Both the position numbers and the translations under genes were made by a program. The notes below the pieces were generated by a model. It had not been told where the DNA came from and ran no database searches. It saw only the letters and a list, made by a program, of their open reading frames with translations. A stretch of 64,000 nt of DNA from Gammaproteobacteria bacterium TMED78 (GTDB lineage: Bacteria; Pseudomonadota; Gammaproteobacteria; Steroidobacterales; Rariloculaceae). The stretch spans positions 254,634 to 318,633 of the forward strand of contig NHEF01000010.1 in assembly GCA_002171615.1 (NCBI GenBank), read 5' to 3'. Below are positions 38,550-50,962 of this stretch, one piece after another; position 1 is the stretch's first letter; every line of letters begins with the position of its first letter.

Positions 38550-39269
38550 ATGAAAATTATTCAGGCAATTGGATCATTATCATTTTTATTATATCTATAT
38601 GCTTCTATAGCCCTTTTTGGGATATTAATTCTTTTTGCTCCGCTTCTTTTCTTTTTTCCAGGGCTGCAATATGAAATAGCTAGGCTTTGGGCTAGATCAG
38701 TTTTATTAGTTTTAAAAATTTCTTGCGGCTTAGAGCATGAGATAATTGGATTAGAAAATCTACCAAAAGATAACTGTATTATCCTCTCTAAACACTCTTC
38801 AACTTGGGAAACAATTTCACTTATGACATTGCTGCCAAGGCAAACTTGGGTTATTAAAAAAGAAATATTATTTTTTCCTATTTTTGGCCAATTGCTTTTA
38901 TTCTTTAAGCCGATACCTATAGATAGAAATGCCGGCAAAAATGCTGTTCAACAAATCATATCTAAAGGGGAGGAAAGGTTAAATAATGGCCTCTTCGTTG
39001 TCATCTTTCCAGAGGGAACAAGAACTTCTTTCCCTTTCGCTGGGAGATATGGCCTTGGAGGCTCAATATTGTCAATACATTCTGGCTACCCGGTTGTTCC
39101 TATTGCACATAATGCTGGCAAATATTGGCCAAGAAATACAATAATTAAGAAGAGGGGGAAAATAACAGTTCAAATCGGTCAAGCAATATACACTTCGAAA
39201 GAAGATGATCCTGAAAAAATATCTAAGTCTGTTAAAGAATGGATAGAAAAGAAAATAGTTAAATTTTAA
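38550..39269 (+). CDS. plsC: 1-acyl-sn-glycerol-3-phosphate acyltransferase
   Basis: Motifs KHSSTWET, IDR, IFPEGTR and PIAHNAG. Usual position next to gyrB. Confidence 0.88.
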   Translation: MKIIQAIGSLSFLLYLYASIALFGILILFAPLLFFFPGLQYEIARLWARSVLLVLKISCGLEHEIIGLENLPKDNCIILSKHSSTWETISLMTLLPRQTWVIKKEILFFPIFGQLLLFFKPIPIDRNAGKNAVQQIISKGEERLNNGLFVVIFPEGTRTSFPFAGRYGLGGSILSIHSGYPVVPIAHNAGKYWPRNTIIKKRGKITVQIGQAIYTSKEDDPEKISKSVKEWIEKKIVKF

Positions 39270-39272
39270 TAA

Positions 39273-41711
<2,439 letters not shown>

Positions 41712-41728
41712 TCATTATAACATTTTCA

Positions 41729-42805
41729 TCAATTAAAATCATGAGATAAATCAATAAGTTCAACATTGCCTTGTTCCACGTGAAACATAGGATATTTTTC
41801 ATTTTTTATAGGTAAATAATTTTTAGAAAGACCTGTAATAAAAACTTGTGCTGGTACTTTATCGAGTAAAGAGAAAAAGCTTTGTAAGGATCCTAGATCT
41901 AATTCTGCCGCTAGATCATCTATTAATAGGAGGCTTTCTATTTTAGTTATTTCAAAGAAAATATTCACCTGAGAAAGCGTCAGAGCTATTGTTATTAATT
42001 TTTGTTGTCCCCTTGAAACATTTTCTTTTGTGCCCTTTGCATCAAATTTTATAATCATGTCAGCTCTATGAGGACCAACTTGAGATATTCCTGAGACCTT
42101 ATCTCTTGTAGCAGAACTACTTACAGCCTGTTCAAAAGTTAGTGTCTCATCCCATCCCTTAAAATAAGCTATACTTATTCTTTTTTTGATAAGATCCAAA
42201 TCTATCTTATCTAATTGATTTTTAAGTTTTTCTATATAAGTGCTTCTTGAATGATTAACCTTGTTCCCTGCGTCTATGTATGACTGGTCCCAAATTCTAA
42301 AATTATCGCCTCTCTTAATTGCTGCGTTTCTTTGGCTCAATGCTCTTCTATATTCCTTCCAACACTCTAGATAATCAGGTTCCACGTGAAACACACCCCA
42401 ATCTATAAACTGCCTTCTTTTAGAGGGCCCTCCTTCAATTAAAAAATGACTGTTTGGGTCTAAAACATAAACCGGAAGGGACAAAGCAGAGTCTAGAGGT
42501 TTTATTTTATAATCTCCATTGATTTGTCTTTTCAAACTCCCTTGTGAAAATTCTGCACCGAGGGATAGGCTATTACCTCCATGTGTGTTAGCAAAAATAG
42601 AAAAGCTATCATGACCATACATTACTAATTTATTTGCCTGTCTTGTTCTAAATGATCTGCCCTTACCTAGAAAATAAATTGATTCTAATAGGCTTGTTTT
42701 CCCAGACCCATTACTACCAAAAAAATAATTTCTTCTGTGATCAAGCTCTAAGGAAATAACTTCTAGACAGCGGAAGTTATTGATTCGTATATGCTTTATT
42801 GACAA
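41729..42805 (-). CDS. recF: DNA replication/repair protein RecF
   Basis: Motifs GSNGSGKTSLLE, GRSFRT, GPHRAD, SRGQQK and IDDLAAELD. Confidence 0.96.
   Translation of the reverse strand: MSIKHIRINNFRCLEVISLELDHRRNYFFGSNGSGKTSLLESIYFLGKGRSFRTRQANKLVMYGHDSFSIFANTHGGNSLSLGAEFSQGSLKRQINGDYKIKPLDSALSLPVYVLDPNSHFLIEGGPSKRRQFIDWGVFHVEPDYLECWKEYRRALSQRNAAIKRGDNFRIWDQSYIDAGNKVNHSRSTYIEKLKNQLDKIDLDLIKKRISIAYFKGWDETLTFEQAVSSSATRDKVSGISQVGPHRADMIIKFDAKGTKENVSRGQQKLITIALTLSQVNIFFEITKIESLLLIDDLAAELDLGSLQSFFSLLDKVPAQVFITGLSKNYLPIKNEKYPMFHVEQGNVELIDLSHDFN
41772..41787. other. parS centromere-like site 1 (inside recF)
   Basis: TGTTCCACGTGAAACA is an exact match to the parS consensus TGTTNCACGTGAAACA. Confidence 0.9.
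42378..42393. other. parS centromere-like site 2 (inside recF)
   Basis: GGTTCCACGTGAAACA has one mismatch to the consensus. Confidence 0.82.
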
Positions 42806-42821
42806 ACTTTAAAATAGAAGC

Positions 42822-43922
42822 CTATAAGCGCATAGGCATTACGACAAATTGATATTTTTTATTTTCTTGCGCTCTAACTAGGCAACTAGAATTACTATCA
42901 CCCAAAGAAATTTCTACATTTTCATCATCCACAGCGGCTAGCGCCTCCAAAAGATAATTAACATTAAAACCAATTTCTGTTTCTTCACCATCATAGGTGA
43001 CTTTCAAAATCTCTTCTGCTTCTTCTTGATCAGGATTATTGGCTTGTATTTTCAACATACCAGCAGACAAACTAAGGCGAACACCTCTATACTTTTCGTT
43101 TGAAAGGATTGCCACTCTTTGGAGGGCTTTCCTTAATTCATCCCTATTCGATACCAAGATATTTGATGCTTCTGATGGAACAACTTTCTGATAGTCCGGA
43201 AACTGTCCATCTATAAGCTTTGATGTAAATTGTAGGTTCTTAAAAGTTGCTTGTATGTGATTTGACCCCACCTCTAAATCTATGCTCTCATCTCCCTCAA
43301 GCATCTTATGTAGCTCCAGAACGCCCTTTCGAGGTACTATAACCTTTTGATTTTCATATGTTTTTCCTGATAGTTCAAGCTTACTAACTGCTAATCTATG
43401 TCCATCGGTAGCTACTGCCCTTAACGCATCAGACTCGGTCTCCAGTAGTAATCCATTAAGGTAAAATCTTACATCTTGTTGTGCCATAGAAAACATTGTT
43501 TTCTCCAAAAGCACCTCTTTAAACTCAGCACAACTTACAGTAATAGTCTGCTTGCTATCAACCTCCTCAATCAAGGGAAAATCTGAAGCGTCCAGGACAG
43601 ATAAAGAAAATTTACTTCTTTTGGTTTTAACAACCAACCTTTCCTTTTCTAGAAGAAACTCTATATCTGATTCCTCTGGAAGAGCCCTGCAAATATCATA
43701 AAGCTTTCTTCCAGGGACTGTTATTTGGCCATCTATAGGTGATTCAATAGGCAGACTTGTTCTCAATTCTACTTCTAGATCTGTAGCGGTTATACTTAAT
43801 TTAGAATTAGAAACAGATAGAAGAACATTGCTCAGAATAGGCATAGATTGCCTTCTTTCAACTACCCCCATAACTGATTGGAGTGGCTTTATTATATCAG
43901 TTTTACTTGTTTTAAATTTCAT
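42822..43922 (-). CDS. dnaN: DNA polymerase III beta clamp
   Basis: Motifs PILSNVL, ATDLE, QDVRFYLNG, ATDGHRL and VVMPMRL. 366 aa. Confidence 0.98.
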   Translation of the reverse strand: MKFKTSKTDIIKPLQSVMGVVERRQSMPILSNVLLSVSNSKLSITATDLEVELRTSLPIESPIDGQITVPGRKLYDICRALPEESDIEFLLEKERLVVKTKRSKFSLSVLDASDFPLIEEVDSKQTITVSCAEFKEVLLEKTMFSMAQQDVRFYLNGLLLETESDALRAVATDGHRLAVSKLELSGKTYENQKVIVPRKGVLELHKMLEGDESIDLEVGSNHIQATFKNLQFTSKLIDGQFPDYQKVVPSEASNILVSNRDELRKALQRVAILSNEKYRGVRLSLSAGMLKIQANNPDQEEAEEILKVTYDGEETEIGFNVNYLLEALAAVDDENVEISLGDSNSSCLVRAQENKKYQFVVMPMRL

Positions 43923-44103
43923 ATTATAAAAATATTATATATATTTATTATTATTATTACACATTTAAAAAAATAGGATAACTAGTTTTTTTAATTTAAA
44001 ATCAATAATTTATAATTCTAGAAACCCTGTTAGAGAAATATAAAGTACTTGTTAGTAAAATGTGGCTAAGTTGAATGAAAATTAATATCAACAACTTATT
44101 AAG
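43923..44103. other. Candidate replication origin oriC (dnaA-dnaN intergenic region)
   Basis: Very AT-rich, with a (TTA)n run near 43945-43959. Degenerate DnaA boxes: TGTGGCTAA 44061-44069, ATATCAACA 44085-44093, ATAGGATAA 43973-43981. parS sites within about 2 kb. Confidence 0.55.
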
Positions 44104-45435
44104 CTAATTTGTCAAAACTCTTAACAAGATATTATAATCTTCAGCGATCTTATTTTCTTCTTCCTTTAATTCTTTTATCCTTTTGCAGGCGTGTATTACA
44201 GTGGTGTGGTCTCGCCCACCAAAGGCGTCACCAATTTCAGGGAGGCTATGTCTTGTTAACTCTTTAGCTAGGGCCATCGCAATTTGTCTCGGTCTTGCGA
44301 TAGAGCGATTTCTCCTTTTAGAGTGGAGATCAGCTACCCTTACCTTGAAATGCTCAGCTACAGTTTTCTGAATATTCTCGATTGATATTAGCCTTGCTTG
44401 AAGGGCAAGAAGATCTTTCAATGCTTCCTTGCAAAAATCCAGAGTTATTGGTTTGCCTGTAAATCTAGAATTAGCTATAACCCTTCTAAGGGCACCCTCT
44501 AGCTCCCTGACATTAGATCTTATTCTTTGAGCTATAAAAAAAGCCACATCATTAGGAAGATCATAACCATCTATATTGGCTTTACTCATTAATATAGCAA
44601 CGGATGTTTCTAGCTCTGGAGGCTCTATTGCTACAGTTAATCCCCACCCAAATCTTGATTTAAGTCTCTCTTCTAGGCCTTGAACTTCTTTTGGGTATCT
44701 ATCACAAGTAAGAACTATTTGTTGATGGCCTTCTAATAATGCATTGAAAGTATGGAAAAATTCTTCTTGTGATCTTTCTTTGTTAGCAAAAAATTGTATA
44801 TCGTCTATTAACAGAGTATCTAACGAACGATAAGCTTTTTTAAATTCTGAAATGGTATTATGCTGGAGCCCTCTTACCATGTCGCCAACAAACTTCTCAG
44901 AGTGAATATACGCAACTTTTGCGTCTGGCTTTTTGTCGATAATAGAGTTTCCAATAGCATGCATTAAATGTGTTTTTCCTAAACCAACCCCACCGTAGAT
45001 AAAAAGAGGATTATAAGCGAGACCAGGGTTTTGACCGACTTGGACTGCCGCCGCCCTAGCTAACTGGTTGCTTTTGCCCTCCACGAAGTTTTCAAAAGTA
45101 AAAGCAGAGTTTAATTTCCTACCAAACTGTTGTTCAAAGATATTTTTTGAGGCTTGCTTTACTGTAATTTTACCTGCAGCAATGGGCGGTAATTTTTCAC
45201 CTATTTCTAAAACTACTTTAACCGGCTTGGCGGAGGTAATAATGTCCGTGAGACAATTTTTTTCGATCCAATCAACAACAAACAAATTTGGCGCAAATAG
45301 GCGCAAATTATGAGAATCTTCTATAACTTGGAGAGGCTTAATCCAAGTTTGTATCTGCTCTGCAGATAGCTTAGTGGAGAGTGATTCAACACACTTTTTC
45401 CAAAGAAAAGATTCTACGGCCGGGTTTAATGTCAC
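44104..45435 (-). CDS. dnaA: Chromosomal replication initiator
   Basis: Motifs [34 protein letters not shown] and [15 protein letters not shown] start. Confidence 0.99.
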   Translation of the reverse strand: MTLNPAVESFLWKKCVESLSTKLSAEQIQTWIKPLQVIEDSHNLRLFAPNLFVVDWIEKNCLTDIITSAKPVKVVLEIGEKLPPIAAGKITVKQASKNIFEQQFGRKLNSAFTFENFVEGKSNQLARAAAVQVGQNPGLAYNPLFIYGGVGLGKTHLMHAIGNSIIDKKPDAKVAYIHSEKFVGDMVRGLQHNTISEFKKAYRSLDTLLIDDIQFFANKERSQEEFFHTFNALLEGHQQIVLTCDRYPKEVQGLEERLKSRFGWGLTVAIEPPELETSVAILMSKANIDGYDLPNDVAFFIAQRIRSNVRELEGALRRVIANSRFTGKPITLDFCKEALKDLLALQARLISIENIQKTVAEHFKVRVADLHSKRRNRSIARPRQIAMALAKELTRHSLPEIGDAFGGRDHTTVIHACKRIKELKEEENKIAEDYNILLRVLTN

Positions 45436-45517
45436 GGTTTTTCCTTTTTTTTTATCGGACGAAAAAAATTTTAAAACACAAACTTAGAAATATTACTATA
45501 TATGATTACTTGATTAG

Positions 45518-45546
45518 TTGACAGAAGTTTCTCTCAGGCGTAGAGT
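45518..45546 (+). promoter_or_regulatory. Sigma70 promoter of rpmH-rnpA-yidC
   Basis: TTGACA, 17-bp spacer, TAGAGT; ends 76 bp before the rpmH ATG. Confidence 0.65.
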
Positions 45547-45622
45547 CGCCTCTGTTCTGTTTATTTCTCATCCTATTGTTTTAAATAGAAATTTGTATAT
45601 CAAAAAAAGGCTGTAATAAAAA

Positions 45623-45757
45623 ATGAAAAGAACATTTCAACCAAGTAATCTGAAGAGGAAACGTACACACGGTTTTAGATCGCGCATGTCAACTAAAAAT
45701 GGCAGATTAGTTATAAATAGAAGGCGAGCTAAAGGTCGAGATAGGCTTTCCCCTTAG
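45623..45757 (+). CDS. rpmH: 50S ribosomal protein L34 (not in the ORF track)
   Basis: Manual translation gives [44 protein letters not shown]. Confidence 0.98.
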   Translation: MKRTFQPSNLKRKRTHGFRSRMSTKNGRLVINRRRAKGRDRLSP

Positions 45758-45777
45758 TAAGAAAATTCTGGTAAATT

Positions 45778-46122
45778 ATGACACCAGACAACTTATCAAG
45801 ATTTTCTAAATCAATGAGAATTAATAAAGAGGAAGATTTCTCATTTGTTTTTGCTCAACCAAATCGTTCGGTTGATAAATTTTTTTCTGTAATATCAAGA
45901 GATAATAATTTAGATCTGCCGAGACTTGGATTGTCTATTTCAAAAAAAGTAGTAAATTTAGCTGTTGAAAGGAATAGAATCAAAAGAGTAGTGAGGAGCG
46001 CTTTTATAGAACAAATAAATCTCAAAAATCATGACTTTATAGTCATGGCTAGGAGAGATGCGGTTAAGCAAGGAAACAAAACCTTGCGTAATAGCTTATG
46101 TAATCATTTTAAGAAAATATAA
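45778..46122 (+). CDS. rnpA: Ribonuclease P protein component
   Basis: Motifs RLGLSISKK and AVERNRIKR. Follows rpmH. Confidence 0.95.
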   Translation: MTPDNLSRFSKSMRINKEEDFSFVFAQPNRSVDKFFSVISRDNNLDLPRLGLSISKKVVNLAVERNRIKRVVRSAFIEQINLKNHDFIVMARRDAVKQGNKTLRNSLCNHFKKI

Positions 46123-46135
46123 GGCTTATTAGCTT

Positions 46136-47785
46136 ATGGGAAATAGTATTAGAATTTTTTTGTGGGTAAATTTTTTAGTCTTGTTGTGGTTTACATACTC
46201 ATCATGGATACAGGATTATTCTTACACAGAAAATGAATCAGTACCTTCTTTTACTCAAGAATCCCCAACTTTACAAGAAGAAGCACCACCATCACTTGAA
46301 GCTAATTTCGGAGAAGTTATCCCATCCCTAGCTGCTCCTTCTGGAGATATTTTTTCAAATGACTATATAGAAATTAAAACTGATGTTTTAGATTTGTTAA
46401 TTGATTTGAATGGGGGAGATTTGGTTAGATCAGATTTACTATTTTATCCTGTAAATAAAGATGACCCTGACAATTTAATAAGGCTTTTAGACCCCTCTCC
46501 TGAGAATCGCTGGGTTTACCAAACTGGTTTTAGAGGCATAGACCAAAATATACCAGAGCCAAATCATTTATCTAGTTATACATCATCAAATACCGCTTAT
46601 GAACTTTTGCCAGGAGAAGATGAGCTTGTTGTTACTTTATTTTGGCAAAATTTAGACTCAGATTTAAGGGCTTATAAAACATACACTTTTAACAGAGGGC
46701 AATATTCTTTCGATCTTGCTCTGCATATTGAAAATACTTCAAATCAAGCTTGGCTTGGGGCGCCATATGCTCAGCAATATCGGAAGCATGTTCCTGTGAG
46801 CAGGTCTTATACTTCTGTTGATTCTTATTCATTTAAAGGACCAGTATTTTATGATGGTGATAGTTATGACAAGGTTAATCCCGAAGACTTTATTGACCAG
46901 CCCTTTAGGGAGCAGATAACAGGTGGTTGGCTAGCAAATATTCAGCACCATTTTGTAGCAGCTATAGTACCTCCTGATACAGACCAAGTAAGCTATCAGG
47001 GCATAATGAGAGACGACAATTATTTACTTACCTCTATTAGCCCCTTGCAAGAAGTAAGTCCTGGCGAAGAGCTGAGTTATAATTATAAGTTTTTTGTGGG
47101 TCCAAAATTACAGGCTCAATTAGCAGAGGCTGGAGATTCCCTCGAGCTTACCGTAGATTATGGGATGTTAACTTTTTTAGCTCAGCCTTTATTTTGGTTA
47201 TTAGCAAAGATTCATTCCTATGTAAATAACTGGGGCTGGTCCATAGTGATTCTAACAATGCTGATAAAGCTGGTTTTTTATAAGTTAACGGCAGCTAGTG
47301 GCAGATCTATGGCTAAAATGCGAAAGATACAGCCTAAAATGAAGGCGATACAAGAAAAGCATAAAGACGATAGACAGGCGTTAAGCCAAGCTATGATGGA
47401 TATTTATAAAAAAGAGAAAATAAATCCAGTGGCTGGATGCCTACCAATACTCATTCAAATGCCATTTTTCTTCGCGTTTTATTGGGTTCTCATCGAAAGT
47501 GTAGAAATAAGACAGGCCTCATTTATGCTTTGGATAACTGATTTATCTGTAAAGGACCCATTTTTTATTCTACCTATTTTTATGGGTATAGCTATGCTTT
47601 TGCAGACACGACTCAACCCAGCCCCACCAGACCCAATTCAGGCAAGGGTGATGCAGATAATGCCAATAGCCTTTACTGGACTATTTGCTTTTTTCCCATC
47701 AGGGCTTGTACTTTATTGGTTAACAAATACTGTTCTTTCTATACTCCAACAGTGGAGAATAAATAAGGTTATAGCAGCAGAATAA
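46136..47785 (+). CDS. yidC: Membrane protein insertase YidC
   Basis: Motifs FVGPKLQ, LTVDYG, NWGWSI, GCLPILIQMP and GLVLYW. Confidence 0.97.
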   Translation: MGNSIRIFLWVNFLVLLWFTYSSWIQDYSYTENESVPSFTQESPTLQEEAPPSLEANFGEVIPSLAAPSGDIFSNDYIEIKTDVLDLLIDLNGGDLVRSDLLFYPVNKDDPDNLIRLLDPSPENRWVYQTGFRGIDQNIPEPNHLSSYTSSNTAYELLPGEDELVVTLFWQNLDSDLRAYKTYTFNRGQYSFDLALHIENTSNQAWLGAPYAQQYRKHVPVSRSYTSVDSYSFKGPVFYDGDSYDKVNPEDFIDQPFREQITGGWLANIQHHFVAAIVPPDTDQVSYQGIMRDDNYLLTSISPLQEVSPGEELSYNYKFFVGPKLQAQLAEAGDSLELTVDYGMLTFLAQPLFWLLAKIHSYVNNWGWSIVILTMLIKLVFYKLTAASGRSMAKMRKIQPKMKAIQEKHKDDRQALSQAMMDIYKKEKINPVAGCLPILIQMPFFFAFYWVLIESVEIRQASFMLWITDLSVKDPFFILPIFMGIAMLLQTRLNPAPPDPIQARVMQIMPIAFTGLFAFFPSGLVLYWLTNTVLSILQQWRINKVIAAE

Positions 47786-47803
47786 TTAATAATTAATATT
47801 CTA

Positions 47804-49174
47804 ATGCTTAAAAAAAGTAAAAACTATTCCGAAGATACTATAGCTGCCATAGCTACCCCTCAAGGTACTGGCTCAGTTTCAATTATCAGGATTTCGGGAA
47901 TTAATGCTTTAGGAATTGGTGAGAGAATAACAGGGAAGAAGCTTAAGCCTAGATTTGCTCATAATTGTGATTTTAAAACAGCTGAAGGAAATGCCTTGGA
48001 TAATGGATTGGCAATATTCTTTCCTAATCCCAAATCTTTCACAGGAGAAGATGTAGTAGAGCTTCAGTGCCATGGCGGAATAATTGTAAGTGAAGCACTT
48101 TTACAAACTTCTTATGCTTATGGGGCTAGACCGGCAGATCCAGGTGAATTTAGCCTGAGAGCCTTTCTTAACGATAAGCTTGACTTATCTCAGGCAGAGG
48201 CTATAGCAGATTTAATAAATAGTAGCTCTATAGATGCAGCAAGGTCCGCCTTTAGGTCTTTAGAAGGTATCTTTTCTCAAAAGATAAATAGACTTCAAGA
48301 TAAGCTTACTAACCTGAGGGTGTTGATTGAGGCTTTTCTTGACTTTCCAGAAGACGAAATAGATATAGAAGAGAAGGAAAGAATCAGCCTAAGCGAAAAA
48401 TTTTACTCTATCGTTAGTGATATCGATTATCTTTTGGAGGAGTCTAAGCAAGGTGTTATATTGAATATAGGACTTGATATTGTAATAGCTGGGCCCCCTA
48501 ATGCAGGCAAGTCTAGCTTAATGAATCGTCTAGCAGGCTATGACACTGCAATAGTTACAGAAACTCCTGGAACCACACGGGATATTTTGAAAGAGAAAAT
48601 TATAATTGATGGCCTTCCTATTAATATTGTTGATACAGCAGGAATAAGAACGACAGAAGACCCTATAGAGAAAGAGGGTATTATTCGGGCAAGTAAAGCA
48701 ATAAGTAGGGCAGATCTTTTAGTCTGGGTTTGTGATATAAGATCAAGCTTAGATGAAAATATTAATGAAGCTAATAGATTGGCTAGAGATAAAAATTTTT
48801 TAGTTATCAGAAATAAGCTAGATTTAGCAAATGAATCAACAAAAGATTTATCATCTAGAGATAAAGCAGTTATATGCCTTTCTGTTCATACAGGAGAAGG
48901 GATAGATTTATTTTTAAATGAGCTAAAGACTGTCTCTGGATATGCCCCAAATTTAGGCGGCACATTTAGCGCAAGAAGTAGGCACTTAGATTCTCTCAGT
49001 AAATCTAGAAAATATTTGAATCAAGCTAGCGAAAGCTTTATTAAAAATAATGCTTTTGAGCTTGCAGCCGAGGATCTAAGAATGGTACAAAAGTCTTTGA
49101 GCGAAATAACCGGTGAGCTAACGAGCGACGACTTGTTAGGAGAAATTTTTTCTTCTTTTTGTATAGGTAAATAA
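47804..49174 (+). CDS. mnmE: tRNA modification GTPase
   Basis: Motifs DTIAAIAT, SFTGEDVVELQCHGG, GPPNAGKSS, DTAG and FCIGK. Confidence 0.98.
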   Translation: MLKKSKNYSEDTIAAIATPQGTGSVSIIRISGINALGIGERITGKKLKPRFAHNCDFKTAEGNALDNGLAIFFPNPKSFTGEDVVELQCHGGIIVSEALLQTSYAYGARPADPGEFSLRAFLNDKLDLSQAEAIADLINSSSIDAARSAFRSLEGIFSQKINRLQDKLTNLRVLIEAFLDFPEDEIDIEEKERISLSEKFYSIVSDIDYLLEESKQGVILNIGLDIVIAGPPNAGKSSLMNRLAGYDTAIVTETPGTTRDILKEKIIIDGLPINIVDTAGIRTTEDPIEKEGIIRASKAISRADLLVWVCDIRSSLDENINEANRLARDKNFLVIRNKLDLANESTKDLSSRDKAVICLSVHTGEGIDLFLNELKTVSGYAPNLGGTFSARSRHLDSLSKSRKYLNQASESFIKNNAFELAAEDLRMVQKSLSEITGELTSDDLLGEIFSSFCIGK

Positions 49175-49177
49175 TTT

Positions 49178-50959
49178 ATGAAATTCAAATTAGTATTTTT
49201 AATATCTATTGCTACTTATCCAATATATATATTTGGACAAGAACAGGCTTGGGAAGAGTTACTAGAAAAAGGCGAGCAACTATATTTCGAAGACGTTTCT
49301 TGCTGGGTCTGCCATGGTGACAATGCTGAAGGAAGAGTAGGTCCAAGCTTACAGTACGGTCCTACCCCAATGATGATGCAAGATCAGCTAGACTCTAATC
49401 CTCAAATGGCAGTCGTGGTTGCCGAGTTAAACCCCAGCATAGATGACCTAATTGCCTTAGCTTCATACATTGCTGATAGCAATGGCCATGAAGTAACACA
49501 CACAGATCTTCAGGGCTGGCGAGCAGGTTTAGAGCTGATGGCTGCTAATAAGCAAGATAATGATACTGATTTTTTCTTAACTGAACGAGATCTGCTTGTG
49601 ATGCAAATACAAGACTTCCAGACAGTTATTGACGATTGGCAAAGGAGAGCGGAGCCCGGAAGCCTCAAGAGGGAGTATGAGGTTGAAGTAATTGAGACTT
49701 ATGACCCGGGCGATATTAAATTTACGCCAGAACCAAACAGCCTTTATTTTTACGAGAATACGGGAGCAACGGCAAGAAGAGTTTATGATGCTAGCATAGA
49801 AAGGACAGATTTAAATCAAGTAGTAGTAGGAAATGCAACATCAAGAGAGGTAGTTACTTCTGGAAAAATGCCACGCGAACTTACTGGCGCTGTACATACT
49901 ACTGTATTAACCCCAGATGGAAAATACGTGTATATTATTGGTCCTACCACGGGATTGCCTCAGATGACTCAAGGCGTTACACCTTCTCCAGCAGGAATGG
50001 GAATGGGGATGAGTGTTGGTAGCACTGTATTGAGAAGTACAGCTACTCTATTAAAGGTTGACGCCTTTACTTTACAGCCAATTAAGCAGCTAGCGGTTGG
50101 AGGTAGAATGCATCACGCTCAAATTTTTCAGGATAAATATATTTTAATTGATACTTTTGTAAGTGATCCAGATGGGCTTGATATTTTTTTATTGGACCCT
50201 GTCACAGATAAAATTATTGGTGGTGTGAGATCTGAAGACTTGGGTGGAAGCACCTATACTGCATTTACTGATGATGAATTTATCTATGTGCTCATGCAGC
50301 CAGGTAACGATGGCGGCAGTATTGTTTCTGCTGCTTACACTGCAAGCGGGCAACATGCAGCGTGGAGGCCATTTTGGGTTGCAAAGATTGACCCAGAAAC
50401 TTGGGAAGTTATAGCTGAATATCCTTATAGGGGCTATAGGGGTGATTGGATTGTTATAGATAATAGCGGGGAAAATATATTCGTACCTGCTGCAGGCTCT
50501 GCCAATGTCACTAAAGTTAATACATCAACCGGAGCAATAGAGTGGTCTTCTGCTGTAGGTATGGGTCCCTATGGAGCAACTTTAAATGCTGATGAAACTG
50601 AACTTTGGGTAGCAAATAAAGGGGAAGGGGTCGGTGGTGTCGGCAGGACTATCACTGTCGTAGATGTAGCTTCTGGGAGGCAATTAGAAACCGTTTTTTC
50701 AGGGTATGGAATTGATCATGTTTTGCTATCTCCTAATGGCAAAGAAATGTGGGCAACAAGTAATGCCGAAGGTAGGATTTATGTTTTTGATGCCATGACC
50801 AGAGAGCAAATAAAAACGATAGACATGCCTAATAGAGGAAATGCCCATGGACTGGTCTGGGTTTATTATGATGAAGAAGGCGAAGGAAAGGTAGTAAGGG
50901 ACCAGGGTAATTTTCACAACGGCATCAATCCGTTTGATGGCTTTACTGTTGGAAACTAA
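49178..50959 (+). CDS. Secreted cytochrome c / YVTN-type beta-propeller fusion, function unknown
   Basis: Signal peptide and CWVCH heme-c motif near the N-terminus. Propeller repeats LTPDGKYVYI, LNADETELWVAN and LSPNGKEMWATS. Confidence 0.75.
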   Translation: MKFKLVFLISIATYPIYIFGQEQAWEELLEKGEQLYFEDVSCWVCHGDNAEGRVGPSLQYGPTPMMMQDQLDSNPQMAVVVAELNPSIDDLIALASYIADSNGHEVTHTDLQGWRAGLELMAANKQDNDTDFFLTERDLLVMQIQDFQTVIDDWQRRAEPGSLKREYEVEVIETYDPGDIKFTPEPNSLYFYENTGATARRVYDASIERTDLNQVVVGNATSREVVTSGKMPRELTGAVHTTVLTPDGKYVYIIGPTTGLPQMTQGVTPSPAGMGMGMSVGSTVLRSTATLLKVDAFTLQPIKQLAVGGRMHHAQIFQDKYILIDTFVSDPDGLDIFLLDPVTDKIIGGVRSEDLGGSTYTAFTDDEFIYVLMQPGNDGGSIVSAAYTASGQHAAWRPFWVAKIDPETWEVIAEYPYRGYRGDWIVIDNSGENIFVPAAGSANVTKVNTSTGAIEWSSAVGMGPYGATLNADETELWVANKGEGVGGVGRTITVVDVASGRQLETVFSGYGIDHVLLSPNGKEMWATSNAEGRIYVFDAMTREQIKTIDMPNRGNAHGLVWVYYDEEGEGKVVRDQGNFHNGINPFDGFTVGN

Positions 50960-50962
50960 ATT

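Noticed and set aside
45521-45560. Hairpin AGGCG-TAGAGT-CGCCT as an ncRNA or terminator upstream of rpmH
   Set aside because: The stem is short and coincides with the predicted promoter -10 element. Nothing else supports an RNA gene.
49178-50959. Cytochrome cd1 nitrite reductase (nirS) or N2O reductase (nosZ) call
   Set aside because: Only the architecture is similar. I see no recognisable NirS motifs, no CuA motif, and no nir/nos accessory genes in the window.
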